Shown here: piece by piece, positions 20,811-31,058 of the stretch
Numbering within the stretch: position 1 is the stretch's first letter
Layout: the number at the start of each line of letters is the position of its first letter
Source: a bacterium
GTDB taxonomy: Bacteria > UBA8248
Length of the DNA: 64,000 bases
Assembly: GCA_965202625.1 (NCBI GenBank)
Contig: CBDBBI010000010.1
Span: 128,001 to 192,000, forward strand
Direction of reading: 5' to 3'
Position numbers and translations under genes: made by a program
Notes under the pieces: generated by a model
What the model saw: only the letters and a program-made list of their open reading frames with translations
Told to the model about the DNA's origin: nothing
The model's database searches: none

Positions 20811-21278
20811 CTGGAGACCCCCTCCCTCAATGCCCAATATCTTTCGGACCGCCTGGAAACGTGGACTTTCGTGGCGCACCCGGCAAGCTCTCGGATACAG
20901 TATTCCCATCATTTTCTCGTGTTCTTCATTGAGAAGGATATCGCCTCCTCAATGACTATCTGGCGGCGGCTTGAATTTCCATGTTCGTCATCTACGCGCG
21001 AAGATAGCCTGGATGATTTGCATCTCATCGCATTCTCTCCGCTCCGCCTCCACATGGCTGCCAACCGCGTACTGATAGGCGGACTCCTCTCACTTCTTTA
21101 CCATACTTTGGCGTATCTTGAGAATCTCCCCCTCCAACGTTTCGCCGGCACTTTCCTTCTTGTTGGGTGTCTCAGCGGGAACCATGCGGATGCGGGGAGC
21201 CTGAGTGTCTGCTTTCCGCGTATGGCGGGCTTCGCGTCTTCGCCGAGGGTGTTCCAGACCCTGCGCATGGACGCACTC

Positions 21279-21680
21279 CTACGTCGGGGTTGCCGCATGG
21301 AGTCTGGATTTTTCGCGGTGCAGAAGCCAAAGAACGACAATTCCGCCGCCCGTGACATCCGCCGCGATATCCCCCCACGAGGCGGTTTTGTGGGGGAGAA
21401 AAATCTGGTGCAATTCGTCCACTGTGCCGTTCAGGGCGGTGAGGATGAATATGAAGGCAGCGGTTTTTCTCGCAGGCCAGAGGGTGAAACCCTCGCGCCA
21501 GGGCCGCCAGAGCAGCCAGGCGAGAACCCCAAATTCGCAAGCGTGTACGATTTTGTCCACCCCCGGAGGTTGCAGGGGCAAGGGCGATGAAGGTTCAAGC
21601 GCACCTGTAGCAGTAGTGACGTGGATCGCCGCCATGAATCCGAGCGCGATCGCCCAGCGAAGAGCGTTTTGCGAATTCAC
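21279..21680 (-). CDS. VanZ family membrane protein
   Basis: DKIVHACEFGVL, DELHQ.FLP.KTAS.GDI.AD. Confidence 0.88.
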   Translation of the reverse strand: MNSQNALRWAIALGFMAAIHVTTATGALEPSSPLPLQPPGVDKIVHACEFGVLAWLLWRPWREGFTLWPARKTAAFIFILTALNGTVDELHQIFLPHKTASWGDIAADVTGGGIVVLWLLHREKSRLHAATPT

Positions 21681-22090
21681 CGTCTTTGTTTTGCGAGAGG
21701 AGGCAGGGGGACGACCGCCTCAACCTCGACCAGAAAGTGAGGATCGGCTAAGCTTGAGACCACTAGAAACGTGCTCGCCGGCGGATTATCGGGAAAGAAC
21801 TCGGCCCGCGCCCTGCCGACGGCACTCCTGTCGTCGAGGCTTGTGACGAAAACCTGAATCTTGACGACGTCCTTCATGCTCCCACCAGCGGCTTTCACCA
21901 CTTTCTGTACGTTGCGGTAGCACTGGCGCGCTTGGCCCTCGGCATCGCCCGGGCAGACGAGCTCCCCGTTCTCATTCACGGGCGTCTGACCCGCTACATA
22001 GAGCGTTCGAGCGCATTCGACAATCACCCCGTGCGAGAAATGCCCGGCTGGCCTGGCGAGCGCGTCGGGAGCGAGCGTCTCGCGTCTCAT
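21677..22090 (-). CDS. RidA/YjgF family protein
   Basis: GHFSH, LYVAGQ, QARQC..N, PPAST..VVS.L, VEVEA. Confidence 0.9.
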   Translation of the reverse strand: MRRETLAPDALARPAGHFSHGVIVECARTLYVAGQTPVNENGELVCPGDAEGQARQCYRNVQKVVKAAGGSMKDVVKIQVFVTSLDDRSAVGRARAEFFPDNPPASTFLVVSSLADPHFLVEVEAVVPLPPLAKQRR

Positions 22091-22203
22091 TTCCTCTCCT
22101 TCGGATGAAAACAGCGCATCAATATCATATGTAAACGCTCCATCTTTGTATGTGTGAGCCCTGCCCCTTCGCGTGTCCGCTTTTGGGCGTCACCAAGATC
22201 GGA

Positions 22204-23532
22204 TCAATAGGATACTTTCGCCTCGTCCAAATTGCCCACCGCCGCGAGGGTGGATTCGCTGAGTCGGATGTATTTTCTCGCGACCGCCTGGATTTGCGCT
22301 TTCGTGATGCTGCGAATCTTCTTCAGGTATTCGTCCGCATAATCGGGGGAGAAGCCCAGGAGCTCCAGTGCGAGGATGTAGTTCGAAATGCGGCTTGACG
22401 AGCCGAAACGCGTGGCGAAATTTCCGGTGAGGAAATCCTGCGCGCCTTTCAGCTCATCCGCACTCACCCCCGTCACCTGGATGCGTCTTATCTCCTTGAG
22501 CGTTTCTCCGATGGCCTCGTTCGCGCTCTTGTTCTTCGTTTGAAGAACGAGCCGCCAGTGCCCCGCGTGCTGATTCGACGCGAAGTAGCTGTAGACGGCA
22601 TAGACGAGGCCCTTCTCCTCTCTGAGGTTGTTCGAGATTCTGTTAGTGAGGCTGCCCCCGCCCAGGATGTAGTTCATCACGCGCGCGGCGTAGAAGTCAG
22701 GGTTCGTTCTCTTGAGCGAGCGGTTGCCCAGAATCACCGTGGTCTGGGCGAGGGGACGGTCGATCTTGACGACCCGCATCTCGCGCGGGAGCTTGGGCGG
22801 CGTCAACTCGGGAATTTTTCCTCCCCCTGCGCGCCAGCCGTTGAAACGAGCCAGAACGAGGGCGCGCGCGCGAGGAAGCGAAATGTCGCCCACGAAGACG
22901 AAGACCGTCCCCTTGAGGCCATACCATCGCTTGTGGAAGGTTACGAGATCGTCTCTGCGCAGTTTCTTGATCGACTCCCCTGTCCCCTCCACCATGCGGC
23001 CGTAGGGCGTTTTTCCAAAAAGGCTCTCTCTGAGCGCCCTGTCCGCCAAATGGGCGGGGCGCTCGCGTTTTTGGCGTAGCGCGCCCAGAATTCTCCGCTT
23101 CGTCTTTTCGATCTCCTCCTCCGGAAAGGTGGGGTTTCTGAGGATGTCCCCCAGCAGGGAGAATCCCTTTTCCAAATCCCGCGTGAGTACGCGCATGGAT
23201 GCCTCCGCGCGGATGCGTCCGGCCCCGATGCCCACGCCGCCGCCCAGAGTGTCGTTCATCTTTTCGATGTCCGAGGCGTTCCTCCCCTTCGTGCCCCGGA
23301 TGAGGAGAGCGGAGGCGAGATTCGCAAGCCCTGCCTGCGCAGGCGTCTCATGGCGCGCGCCTGCTGGAATCGAGACGGTGATTCGCACCATGGGCAACTG
23401 CCGGTTTTCCTTGACGAGCAGCACGGCCCCGCCTGGCAACTCCGCTCGATCGTAGGTGATGACGGCCGCGTGCGAGAGGATGGGAAGCAGAGTCGCGGCG
23501 GCCAGTGCCCAGGAAACGAGATGCGTCCTCAT
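22204..23532 (-). CDS. M16 peptidase, non-catalytic subunit
   Basis: Signal peptide; GLA.L...LL.RGT without HxxEH; ILGGG...R....REEKGL.Y. Confidence 0.88.
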   Translation of the reverse strand: MRTHLVSWALAAATLLPILSHAAVITYDRAELPGGAVLLVKENRQLPMVRITVSIPAGARHETPAQAGLANLASALLIRGTKGRNASDIEKMNDTLGGGVGIGAGRIRAEASMRVLTRDLEKGFSLLGDILRNPTFPEEEIEKTKRRILGALRQKRERPAHLADRALRESLFGKTPYGRMVEGTGESIKKLRRDDLVTFHKRWYGLKGTVFVFVGDISLPRARALVLARFNGWRAGGGKIPELTPPKLPREMRVVKIDRPLAQTTVILGNRSLKRTNPDFYAARVMNYILGGGSLTNRISNNLREEKGLVYAVYSYFASNQHAGHWRLVLQTKNKSANEAIGETLKEIRRIQVTGVSADELKGAQDFLTGNFATRFGSSSRISNYILALELLGFSPDYADEYLKKIRSITKAQIQAVARKYIRLSESTLAAVGNLDEAKVSY

Positions 23533-23533
23533 C

Positions 23534-24925
23534 TTAGCGTCCTCCCTGTTTTTGGACGGCGCGGCCCGCGCTCTCCTTGATTGGGATGAGCACGGCGGTG
23601 GTCCTGTTACGGTGGTTTAGGTATTTCTTGGCGACGCGCGTGACGTCGGCCGGCGTAACCTTCCGAAGAGCGGGCAGATAGCGTTTCAACAACCGCCAAT
23701 CGCCCGCCACCGCCGCCTGGCCGAGGAGCCTGGCCCGGTAGTAGTGGGAGTCCATCGAGAAAATCGTATTCGCTTCAATGTTGCTGAGCGCGCGGTTGAA
23801 CTCCTCTTTTCGGACGCCCTCCTTGATGAGTCTTTTCACCTCCTCGAGCAGCGCCTTTTCCACCTCCTCGGATCTCTTCCCTGGCGCGGGCCTCGCGTAG
23901 AGATAGAAGATCATCGGATCCACGGAGAGGTAGGTGTAGTCCGCACCCGCCCCCAGTGCGATGGCGTCTTTTCGCACCAGTCTTTGATGGAAGCGGGACC
24001 TCTCGCCTCCGCCGAGGATGGCTTCGAGCATGACGAGGGAAGGGGCATCCTCGCTTCGCCAGTTGGGGGCGTGATAGCCGATGGCCACGTAGGAAAGCTG
24101 CGCGTCCGCACGCACGAGCACCCTGCGCTCTGATTTTTGAGGGCCCTCAAAGAGCCTGGGCCGTCTTCTGAAGGTCGGGGATTTCGGAATTTTCCCGAAA
24201 TGCTTCTCGATGAGCGCGATCGCCTCATTGACCTTGAAGTCACCTACGAGGACGAGGGTTGCGTTCTCTGGGCTGTAATAGCGTTTATAGAACCTTCCCA
24301 TGTCCTTGATAGTAATGGCCTCCAAATCTTCCGGCCAGCCGATGATCGGGTTCTTGTAGGGGTGGCTCGTGTATGCGACGGCGCGCAGCTGCTCCCAAAA
24401 CCGACCCGTCGGCCTGTCGGTTCGGGTGCGTCTTTCCTCGTGCACGACGTTTTTCTCCGCGTCGAATTTCGTTTTATTCAGAAGCAGGTTCACCATACGG
24501 TCGGCTTCGAGCGCGATGACGACCTCGAGCCTGTCCGAAGCGATGCGCTCGTAATACGCGGTATAGTCGAAACTCGTGAAAGCGTTGTGCGTACCACCGT
24601 TTCTCTTGATGATGTCTTCAAATTCTCTGTCGCTGTGTGTCGTGGTGCCGCGAAACATCATATGCTCGAGAAAGTGGGCCATGCCCGTGAGACCGGGGTG
24701 CTCGTCCCGGCTGCCGACGGCGTACCAAACCTTCGATACGACCATGGGCGCGCTGTGGTCCGGCAGAAGCAGGGCGCCCATTCCGTTTTTCATCCTGTGC
24801 GCGGTCACGTTCCAGGGGACATGCAGGGCAGCGTCTTGGGCGTTTGCCGCGGGCGTTGAGGTGGCGAGGAAATAGAGTGCGCAGATGAGGGCCAGGAGCG
24901 TGCGCGGCTTGTGGGTTTTCCGCAT
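23534..24925 (-). CDS. M16 zinc peptidase, catalytic subunit
   Basis: GMAHFLEHMMFRGT (HxxEH), NAFTS.DYTAY, EERR.R, HPY. Confidence 0.92.
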   Translation of the reverse strand: MRKTHKPRTLLALICALYFLATSTPAANAQDAALHVPWNVTAHRMKNGMGALLLPDHSAPMVVSKVWYAVGSRDEHPGLTGMAHFLEHMMFRGTTTHSDREFEDIIKRNGGTHNAFTSFDYTAYYERIASDRLEVVIALEADRMVNLLLNKTKFDAEKNVVHEERRTRTDRPTGRFWEQLRAVAYTSHPYKNPIIGWPEDLEAITIKDMGRFYKRYYSPENATLVLVGDFKVNEAIALIEKHFGKIPKSPTFRRRPRLFEGPQKSERRVLVRADAQLSYVAIGYHAPNWRSEDAPSLVMLEAILGGGERSRFHQRLVRKDAIALGAGADYTYLSVDPMIFYLYARPAPGKRSEEVEKALLEEVKRLIKEGVRKEEFNRALSNIEANTIFSMDSHYYRARLLGQAAVAGDWRLLKRYLPALRKVTPADVTRVAKKYLNHRNRTTAVLIPIKESAGRAVQKQGGR

Positions 24926-25002
24926 GAATCTATCCTTACGGATGGCGGCGAGTTTGATTAAGCGCTCGCCCGAGGAGGAGCGAAGCACAAGTTTTTTTCT
25001 CC

Positions 25003-26010
25003 CTAATCCTGAATGCCGACTTTTTCCAAAACCTCCGGGTTCAGGAGTCCGGCTGGGCGTCTTCGGGCGATGACGTCGAGGGCGGCGCGGACGGCGAACT
25101 CCAGCGAATGTGCGCAGGCGTCCTCACCCAGACCCGCCATGTGGGGTGTAAGGACGACGTTGTCGAGCGAGAAAATCGGATGGCGGCGATCTGGCGGCTC
25201 TTCTGGAAACACGTCGAGGGCGGCGCCCTGAATGGCACCGCTCTCAAGAGCGAACGCTAAGGCGTCCAGGTCCACCACGGCGCCGCGCGAGGTGTTGATG
25301 AGGTAGGCGCTCGTTTTCATGGAAGCGAGGAATCGCGGATTCACCATGCCGCGCGTCTCGTCGTTCAGGGGCACATGGCAGGTGATGAAATCGGCGCGTC
25401 TCGCCACTTCCTCGCGCTCTTTGTAGAAGACGCCCACCTCGGCGGCGAAGCGCTCATCGCGCGCGACGTCGTGGGCGATGACCTCCATGCCGAAGGCGAT
25501 GGCGCGGCGCGCCACGCGCTTGCCGATGTTGCCCAACCCGATGATCCCCAGCGTCTTGCCCCGCAGCGGCGAGATGGGCGTCCTCAGGTTCGCCCACGCG
25601 CCCGCTCGAGTCTTTTTGTCGGTCTCGACGATCCTTCGCGCGGCGCAGAGCGCGAGGCCGATGACGTGCTCTGCGACGGAATCCGAGTTCTGGCCTGGCG
25701 CGTTGGTGACGACCACCCCGTGGCGCGTGGCGGCGTCGAGGTCGACGGCGTTGAAGCCCACGCCCGTTCTGGCGATGTGCCTCAAGTCGGTTCCCGCCGA
25801 GAGGGTACGCTCGTTGTAGGGGTCGTTGCTCGGAAAGGAGACGACCACGCCGGAAAGGGCAGCGATGATCTCCTCCTCCGTCCTGTCCACGCCGTTCGAT
25901 TCAATTCTCACCTCAAGGCCGACCTCGGTTTCGAGCGGCCTGAAATAGCGCATCGGGTCTTCAAGCCCGTTGATCCAGCTCGTGGTGACCCAAGCGATTC
26001 CTTTCGACAC
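25003..26010 (-). CDS. D-2-hydroxyacid dehydrogenase (SerA-like)
   Basis: RTGVGFNAVD, NSDSVAEH, GIIGLGNIG, LINTSRG, LDVF..EP, TPHMAG. Confidence 0.92.
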   Translation of the reverse strand: MSKGIAWVTTSWINGLEDPMRYFRPLETEVGLEVRIESNGVDRTEEEIIAALSGVVVSFPSNDPYNERTLSAGTDLRHIARTGVGFNAVDLDAATRHGVVVTNAPGQNSDSVAEHVIGLALCAARRIVETDKKTRAGAWANLRTPISPLRGKTLGIIGLGNIGKRVARRAIAFGMEVIAHDVARDERFAAEVGVFYKEREEVARRADFITCHVPLNDETRGMVNPRFLASMKTSAYLINTSRGAVVDLDALAFALESGAIQGAALDVFPEEPPDRRHPIFSLDNVVLTPHMAGLGEDACAHSLEFAVRAALDVIARRRPAGLLNPEVLEKVGIQD

Positions 26011-26321
26011 TTTTTCTATCCTCTCCCGGTAGGTTCGGCCCAGTTTTAGGCGATCGGTTTAGAATTGCAAAGGCGCACGATGAAATCTACAGCATAATCG
26101 CCTCTCTGTTCGTTTGCGCATTCTCTGCCCCCTTTGCTTGCGGCAATTCACCGTACAGGGACCGAGAATTGCGTGCGTGAGATGCCCTGCTTCTCAGCTT
26201 TTGGAAGATGCGATTCATCTCCGATCCATTTTCTTTCCGAAGTCGATTCGCGCTCGCGCCGCCTTGCCTTGCGCCCTGATCTCCCCGACTCCCCCACATC
26301 GCTTCTGTATCGTTCCCCCTT

Positions 26322-27005
26322 TCAAAAAACCTCATCTTCCGGATTGAGTACCTCGCCCATGCGCTTGAGGGTGGGAGCGGGCAACCCGTCGTAAAGCTTG
26401 ACCAGCTCCTCGTTCGTCTCCGTAAGTGCCATCTGGTAGAGGCTATTGCCCTGGGTGTCGCATTCCACGAGGAAGGGGCCGAAATTTTTTACTTCGAACA
26501 CCCACATCGCCTGGGCGATGCCCAGCTCATCAAGCCAATAGACGTCTCTCACGCCGGCGACGCCGCGCCCATATTGCGCGCCGATGCCGTAACCCACCGT
26601 GTTCAGGAACACCGCGCCCAAGCGCTTGAAGTGCGCCTCATAGAACTTGGGGGACATGCCGCCCTTGCCGATGACGCAGCGCACCCCGTGCCCATCCATC
26701 AGAAGGGGCAGGTGTTTCTCGAAGCGGAAGCTCGCCGTCGCTGTCACGGCGGCCACCTTCCATTCGCCGGACTCGTTCTGCCCCACGGCGGGCGAGCAGT
26801 GGAACGTCACGTTCGTGAGCGCGCGAATGTCCACGGGAGGCGGGGTTTTTTCATCGAACAGCTTCTTGTAAAGGCCGATTCTGCCGGTGAATATCACGCC
26901 GTCGAAATAGACGACGTCGCCCAGCCGAAGATTTGCCAGAGCCTCGGGCGACGCCGGCGCGTCAAGGCGGTGCTCCTGCATCTTGAGATCTGCGGTGCCG
27001 CTCAT
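26322..27005 (-). CDS. class I fumarate hydratase/L-tartrate dehydratase beta subunit
   Basis: L.LGDVV..DGVI.TGR, HCSP, T.S.RF, IGKGGM, FGP.LV..D..GNSLY. Confidence 0.88.
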   Translation of the reverse strand: MSGTADLKMQEHRLDAPASPEALANLRLGDVVYFDGVIFTGRIGLYKKLFDEKTPPPVDIRALTNVTFHCSPAVGQNESGEWKVAAVTATASFRFEKHLPLLMDGHGVRCVIGKGGMSPKFYEAHFKRLGAVFLNTVGYGIGAQYGRGVAGVRDVYWLDELGIAQAMWVFEVKNFGPFLVECDTQGNSLYQMALTETNEELVKLYDGLPAPTLKRMGEVLNPEDEVF

Positions 27006-27027
27006 TTGTCAAAATCTCCCGAGCCGC

Positions 27028-27978
27028 TTAAGTCACGGTATCACGGCGGTAGTAGTCCGTGAACCACTGGGGGTTTTCGCGGTATTCTACCTCTCCGCCC
27101 GGGTGGATTCGCGCGGTGGCGCGTCTGAGCGCGAAGCATTGGTGGTGAATAGATATCGGCATTCCGCCGGTGTGGGTGTAGGCCACCTCAATGTGGGTGT
27201 CCATCACCGCTCCCTCGCCCTTGAAGCCCATCGGGCCGAGGCTCGTCCTTCTCCCGAGCTCGTTCAGTTCCTCCTCAAGTTTCGCAATTTCCGGGTCCGG
27301 GTTCCTGTCGCCCACCACCCTAAGGCACGCCGCCTCTTTGGCGAGGCGCACGCAGGTGTCCTTGGTGCCGCCGATGCCCACGCCCACGATGGCCGGCTGA
27401 CAGGAGAGGCCGCGCTTGAAGAACTCGCTGATCACGTCCAGGAAAAAGCGCTTGACGCCATTGATTCCGTCGGTGGGGAAGAGCATCCGATAGTCCCCGC
27501 CGAAGAGACCTCCCTTGTGGAAGCTGGTGAGTTCCAGCCAATCCGCGTCTGGCTCCCATGAATAGTCCACCGTGGGGGCGTGGATGCCCACGTTGTTGTT
27601 GTAGTCGTGCCGGCTGAGGGGATGCACCCTGTTGGGGCGCAGGGGGACGCGCTCTGTGGCCTCCGCCGTTCCCTGGCGAATCGACCTCTCGAGCGCGACG
27701 AAGCCGCCCTCGAGTAGCGCGTCGTTCCCCACCTTGGCATAGAAGCGTGGTAGCCCTGTGTCAGCGCACATGGGGCGCTGCTCCTCCACAGCGACCTGAT
27801 AGTTGTTGACTATCTCGAGAAGCACGAATTTCGATAGTTTTTGGGTCTCGCACTCCGCCATGTCCGTGATGCGCTCGCCTACGTCTTTGGGGATGCCGAT
27901 GGCGGCGCGGCGGTTGAGCTGGAAGGCGACTTCCCGTATCAGTTCGTTGCTGATGGCGCGTTCTGTAGCGATTGGCAT
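27028..27978 (-). CDS. class I fumarate hydratase/L-tartrate dehydratase alpha subunit
   Basis: PMCADTG, PLRPN.V.P, KGG, CQP.IVGVGIGG, LGPMG..G, QC.A.RR. Confidence 0.9.
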   Translation of the reverse strand: MPIATERAISNELIREVAFQLNRRAAIGIPKDVGERITDMAECETQKLSKFVLLEIVNNYQVAVEEQRPMCADTGLPRFYAKVGNDALLEGGFVALERSIRQGTAEATERVPLRPNRVHPLSRHDYNNNVGIHAPTVDYSWEPDADWLELTSFHKGGLFGGDYRMLFPTDGINGVKRFFLDVISEFFKRGLSCQPAIVGVGIGGTKDTCVRLAKEAACLRVVGDRNPDPEIAKLEEELNELGRRTSLGPMGFKGEGAVMDTHIEVAYTHTGGMPISIHHQCFALRRATARIHPGGEVEYRENPQWFTDYYRRDTVT

Positions 27979-27997
27979 ATTGACGTCCTCCGCGCGT

Positions 27998-28786
27998 TCA
28001 TGGCCCGGGCGCGCTTCCCCGGAATATGGATGCGGCAAATTCCTTGAACCCGCGCGCCATGGCGAGGCGCTTGAGTCCCTTGATGGCGCCCGTCGGGCTG
28101 ATTCCTTTGGGACAACTCTCCGTGCAATTATATTGTGAATGGCATCGCCAGGTGCCATCCTCCGTGCAAACCTCCAGAAGTCTTCTCTCGCCCAGAGCGT
28201 CCCGGCTGTCGTTCACGAGCGTATAGGCGCGGTTGAGCGCCGCCGGCCCCAAATAATCTCTATCATGCCCTACAATGGAGCAGGAGGCATAGCAGATGCC
28301 GCACGTGATGCACTCAACGTGCGGCGCAATGCGCCTGCGCTCGCTCGCGCCAGGCGGAATCAGCGCAGGCGCTCTCTCCGCCGCTTTCGTGGGTTCGAGC
28401 CAGCCGCGCGCTTTTTTCATTTTATCGAAAAACGGCGACATATCGACCGCAAGGTCGCTCAGTACCGGAAAGTTCGCCAGCGGCTCGAGCTTGATCTCCT
28501 CACCCAGACCGTCGAGGCGTGTCCGGCAGGCCCAGGTGGGGCGGCCGTTGACGCTGAGAGCGCAGGTGCCGCACATGCCCACCCGGCAGGAGTAGCGAAA
28601 CGAAAGGGTGGCGTCCAGCGCGCTCTGAATGGCGACTAGTGCGTCGAGGACCGTCATGCGCGGGCCGGTAGCAACTTCAAAGCCATCTATGCGCGCTTCG
28701 CCGTCATGGGATGCGCCGCCCCTGCGGATGAGAATTCGCACTGTCGGGGGCTTCGCCGATTTTTTCTCTCCCGCATCCGCGCTCAC
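27998..28786 (-). CDS. succinate dehydrogenase/fumarate reductase-type Fe-S subunit
   Basis: SCRVGMCGTC...ACRT, CITCGICYASC, CHSQYNCTESCPKG; GTG start overlaps the upstream TGA. Confidence 0.92.
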   Translation of the reverse strand: MSADAGEKKSAKPPTVRILIRRGGASHDGEARIDGFEVATGPRMTVLDALVAIQSALDATLSFRYSCRVGMCGTCALSVNGRPTWACRTRLDGLGEEIKLEPLANFPVLSDLAVDMSPFFDKMKKARGWLEPTKAAERAPALIPPGASERRRIAPHVECITCGICYASCSIVGHDRDYLGPAALNRAYTLVNDSRDALGERRLLEVCTEDGTWRCHSQYNCTESCPKGISPTGAIKGLKRLAMARGFKEFAASIFRGSAPGP

Positions 28787-29130
28787 GCCCAGAACCTCCA
28801 ATAATCCTTGTGCATGACGGCGAGCCAGAAGAAGGCGACGACGCCCAGGACGCTCAAAATCCACAGAAGTTTTCTTTGGTGACGATCCGGAAAGCCGAAA
28901 TCTGTCAGAATCACTTTGACGCCGTGCATGGCATGCCAAACGACGAGGATGAGCATGGTGATGCGGATCGAGTCGAGGTAAGGATTCATCACGTGAATCG
29001 GGAAAAGCACGATGAGTGCCAAGGCGGAGATTCTTTGCAGCACCCAGGCCCACATGCCCGGATACATGGAACGCCAAGCGCTGATTCTCCAGGATGGAGG
29101 ATTCGTCCTGAAGTTTTTCACGCGCGTCAT
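28783..29130 (-). CDS. small SdhC-like cytochrome b membrane anchor
   Basis: LQRISA and WHAMHGVKVILTD motifs; three hydrophobic helices; located between flavoprotein and Fe-S genes. Confidence 0.8.
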   Translation of the reverse strand: MTRVKNFRTNPPSWRISAWRSMYPGMWAWVLQRISALALIVLFPIHVMNPYLDSIRITMLILVVWHAMHGVKVILTDFGFPDRHQRKLLWILSVLGVVAFFWLAVMHKDYWRFWA

Positions 29131-29155
29131 CTTTGGCCTTCTCTCCGTTTTGGAG

Positions 29156-30886
29156 TCAATCGATAAAATGCGGCGCGGGCGCTTCCTGGGCGGCCGGCGT
29201 CGCCGGCTCCAGCCGGCTGAACGCGACGGGCCTTCGTTCAAGGACCGCCCTTTCGCCTTCGCGCTTGACGTAGACGTTATAGAGTCCCCTTTCTTCTACA
29301 TCGGGATGATCGTCTCGATAGTGGCTGCCCCGGCTCTCGTCGCGCTCAAGGGCTGAGCGCGCGATCAGCTCCGCCGCGCACAGCTGGTTCCGCACGTCGA
29401 GCGCGTTTTGCCAAGCGAGGTTATAGGCGCACGCGCCGCCCGCTCGAGCGGAGGCGGCGCGTTCTTTGAGAGCCAGAATGTCCTGGACGCCGCTTTCTAT
29501 GTCCCTGCCGTTTCTTCTCAAGCCCACCTTTTCCCACATCGTCTCCTTGAGCGCCGCCCGAATGGGGTAGGGGGATTCACCCTCTCCCAGCGCGTCCAGC
29601 GTCTTCTCCCGCGCTTCGGCGAGCGCGCTCGCGTCGTATGGGAAGAGGGGAGATTCCGCCGCTTCCTCGGCCATCGTCTCGCCCGCGATCTCGCCGAACA
29701 CCGTGGCGTTGGCCACCCCGTTTCCGCCCAGGCGGTTCGCCCCGTGCGCGCCTCCTGCGTCCTCGCCGGCGGCGTAGAGGCCGGCGAGGTCTGTGCGGCA
29801 TTCGGCGTCGATCCGCACCCCGCCCATCATGTAGTGCGCGGTGGGCGTCACCTCCACGGCGCCGCCCGCCAGGTCGTAGCCCAGGTCGGCGCAGCGTTCG
29901 AGCATGCCCTTGAAATTCTTGCGAACGAAGCGGCGGCCCAAGTGGCTCACGTCGATGAACACCCCGCCGCGCTCAGTGCCCCTGCCTTCGAGTATCTCTG
30001 TATAGCCCGCGCGCGAGACGACGTCGCGCGTGGCGCGCTCCATGCGCTCGGAATCGTATCGCTCCATGTAGCGCTCGCCGTTCGCGTTCTTGAGGTGTCC
30101 GCCCGCCCCGCGCAGGCCCTCCTCCAGCAGTGTGCCGGTGATCTGAAGGCCGTCTCCCGTTAGGATGCCCGTCGGGTGAAACTGCACCATCTCCATGTCT
30201 CGAAAAGACGCGCCCGCCTCCCATGCGAGCGCCATTCCGTCCGTAGCGAGTTCCTGCGCGCAGGCGGAGATTTTGTAGAGCGTGGGGCCGCCTCCCGTGG
30301 CGAGGAGCGTGCATTTCGCGTTCACAGCGATGAAATCGCCGCTCTGGACGTTGAGCAGCAAGGCGCCGGCGACGCGCTCTGGCGCGCCTTTGGCGGGCAG
30401 GAGTGCCACCGCTCTCGTTTCCTCAAGCACTTCCACCTCGCGCCTCATGAGCTGCTCCGCCACGCGGTTGGTGATCTCGATGCCCGTCAAGTCCCCCTTG
30501 TGCACCGTTCTGTCGAAACTCTGTCCTGCGAACGCTTTTTGGTGAATCGTACCGTCCTCGTTTCTGTCGAAGAAACAGCCGCACACGGTTTCGAGCCGCT
30601 CCACGCAGCCGGGAGCGCGGCTCACGAGCGTCCAGGCGAGCTCCTGATCGTTGATCCAGGCCCCGCCCTTCAAGGTGTCGAGAAAATGGTTCTCCACTGA
30701 ATCAGTCTCGGCGAGGGCGACGTTGTAGCCCCCCTGCACCATGCGCGTGCAGCCGCTTTTTCCAAAAAGGCCCTTCACCGCCAGGGTGATGTCGAGGCTT
30801 GGGTTTCTAGAGTGCGCGGCGAGCGCGCCGAGGAGGCCCGCGCCGCCCGATCCGAGGATGAGGATGTCTGTTTTCATCGCGCGCAA
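29156..30886 (-). CDS. SdhA/FrdA/NadB-family flavoprotein
   Basis: ILGSGGAG, GKSGCTRMVQGG, QFHPTG, RDVVSR, PTAHYMMGG, HGANRLGGN, RDESRG.H.R.D. Confidence 0.92.
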   Translation of the reverse strand: MRAMKTDILILGSGGAGLLGALAAHSRNPSLDITLAVKGLFGKSGCTRMVQGGYNVALAETDSVENHFLDTLKGGAWINDQELAWTLVSRAPGCVERLETVCGCFFDRNEDGTIHQKAFAGQSFDRTVHKGDLTGIEITNRVAEQLMRREVEVLEETRAVALLPAKGAPERVAGALLLNVQSGDFIAVNAKCTLLATGGGPTLYKISACAQELATDGMALAWEAGASFRDMEMVQFHPTGILTGDGLQITGTLLEEGLRGAGGHLKNANGERYMERYDSERMERATRDVVSRAGYTEILEGRGTERGGVFIDVSHLGRRFVRKNFKGMLERCADLGYDLAGGAVEVTPTAHYMMGGVRIDAECRTDLAGLYAAGEDAGGAHGANRLGGNGVANATVFGEIAGETMAEEAAESPLFPYDASALAEAREKTLDALGEGESPYPIRAALKETMWEKVGLRRNGRDIESGVQDILALKERAASARAGGACAYNLAWQNALDVRNQLCAAELIARSALERDESRGSHYRDDHPDVEERGLYNVYVKREGERAVLERRPVAFSRLEPATPAAQEAPAPHFID

Positions 30887-31058
30887 AAGGCTGGTTCCCC
30901 AAGGGAATCAAAAGTCTGTTTCCAGTAAGATAAGGATGCCACAGCAAACGAAGTCGGGACAAGCCACGTCCTCGGCGCCCGGAAATACGCTTTTCGTTAT
31001 GCGGGATGGATGCGCCGTCATCCATCGGGAGGAATCGCGCCATTAGGAACGCTTCTCG

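Noticed and set aside
20820-21270. Possible decayed gene upstream of the cupin, with in-frame TGA codons
   Set aside because: Several stops, no recognisable family and no Cys-type motif context, so neither Sec nor a product can be supported.
28787-29077. N-terminal extension of the Fe-S subunit ORF (359 aa)
   Set aside because: It overlaps the membrane anchor gene; GTG at 28786 is coupled to the upstream stop.
31005-31026. Hairpin GATGGATG-N6-CATCCATC upstream of the flavoprotein gene
   Set aside because: No U-tract or second copy; function cannot be supported.
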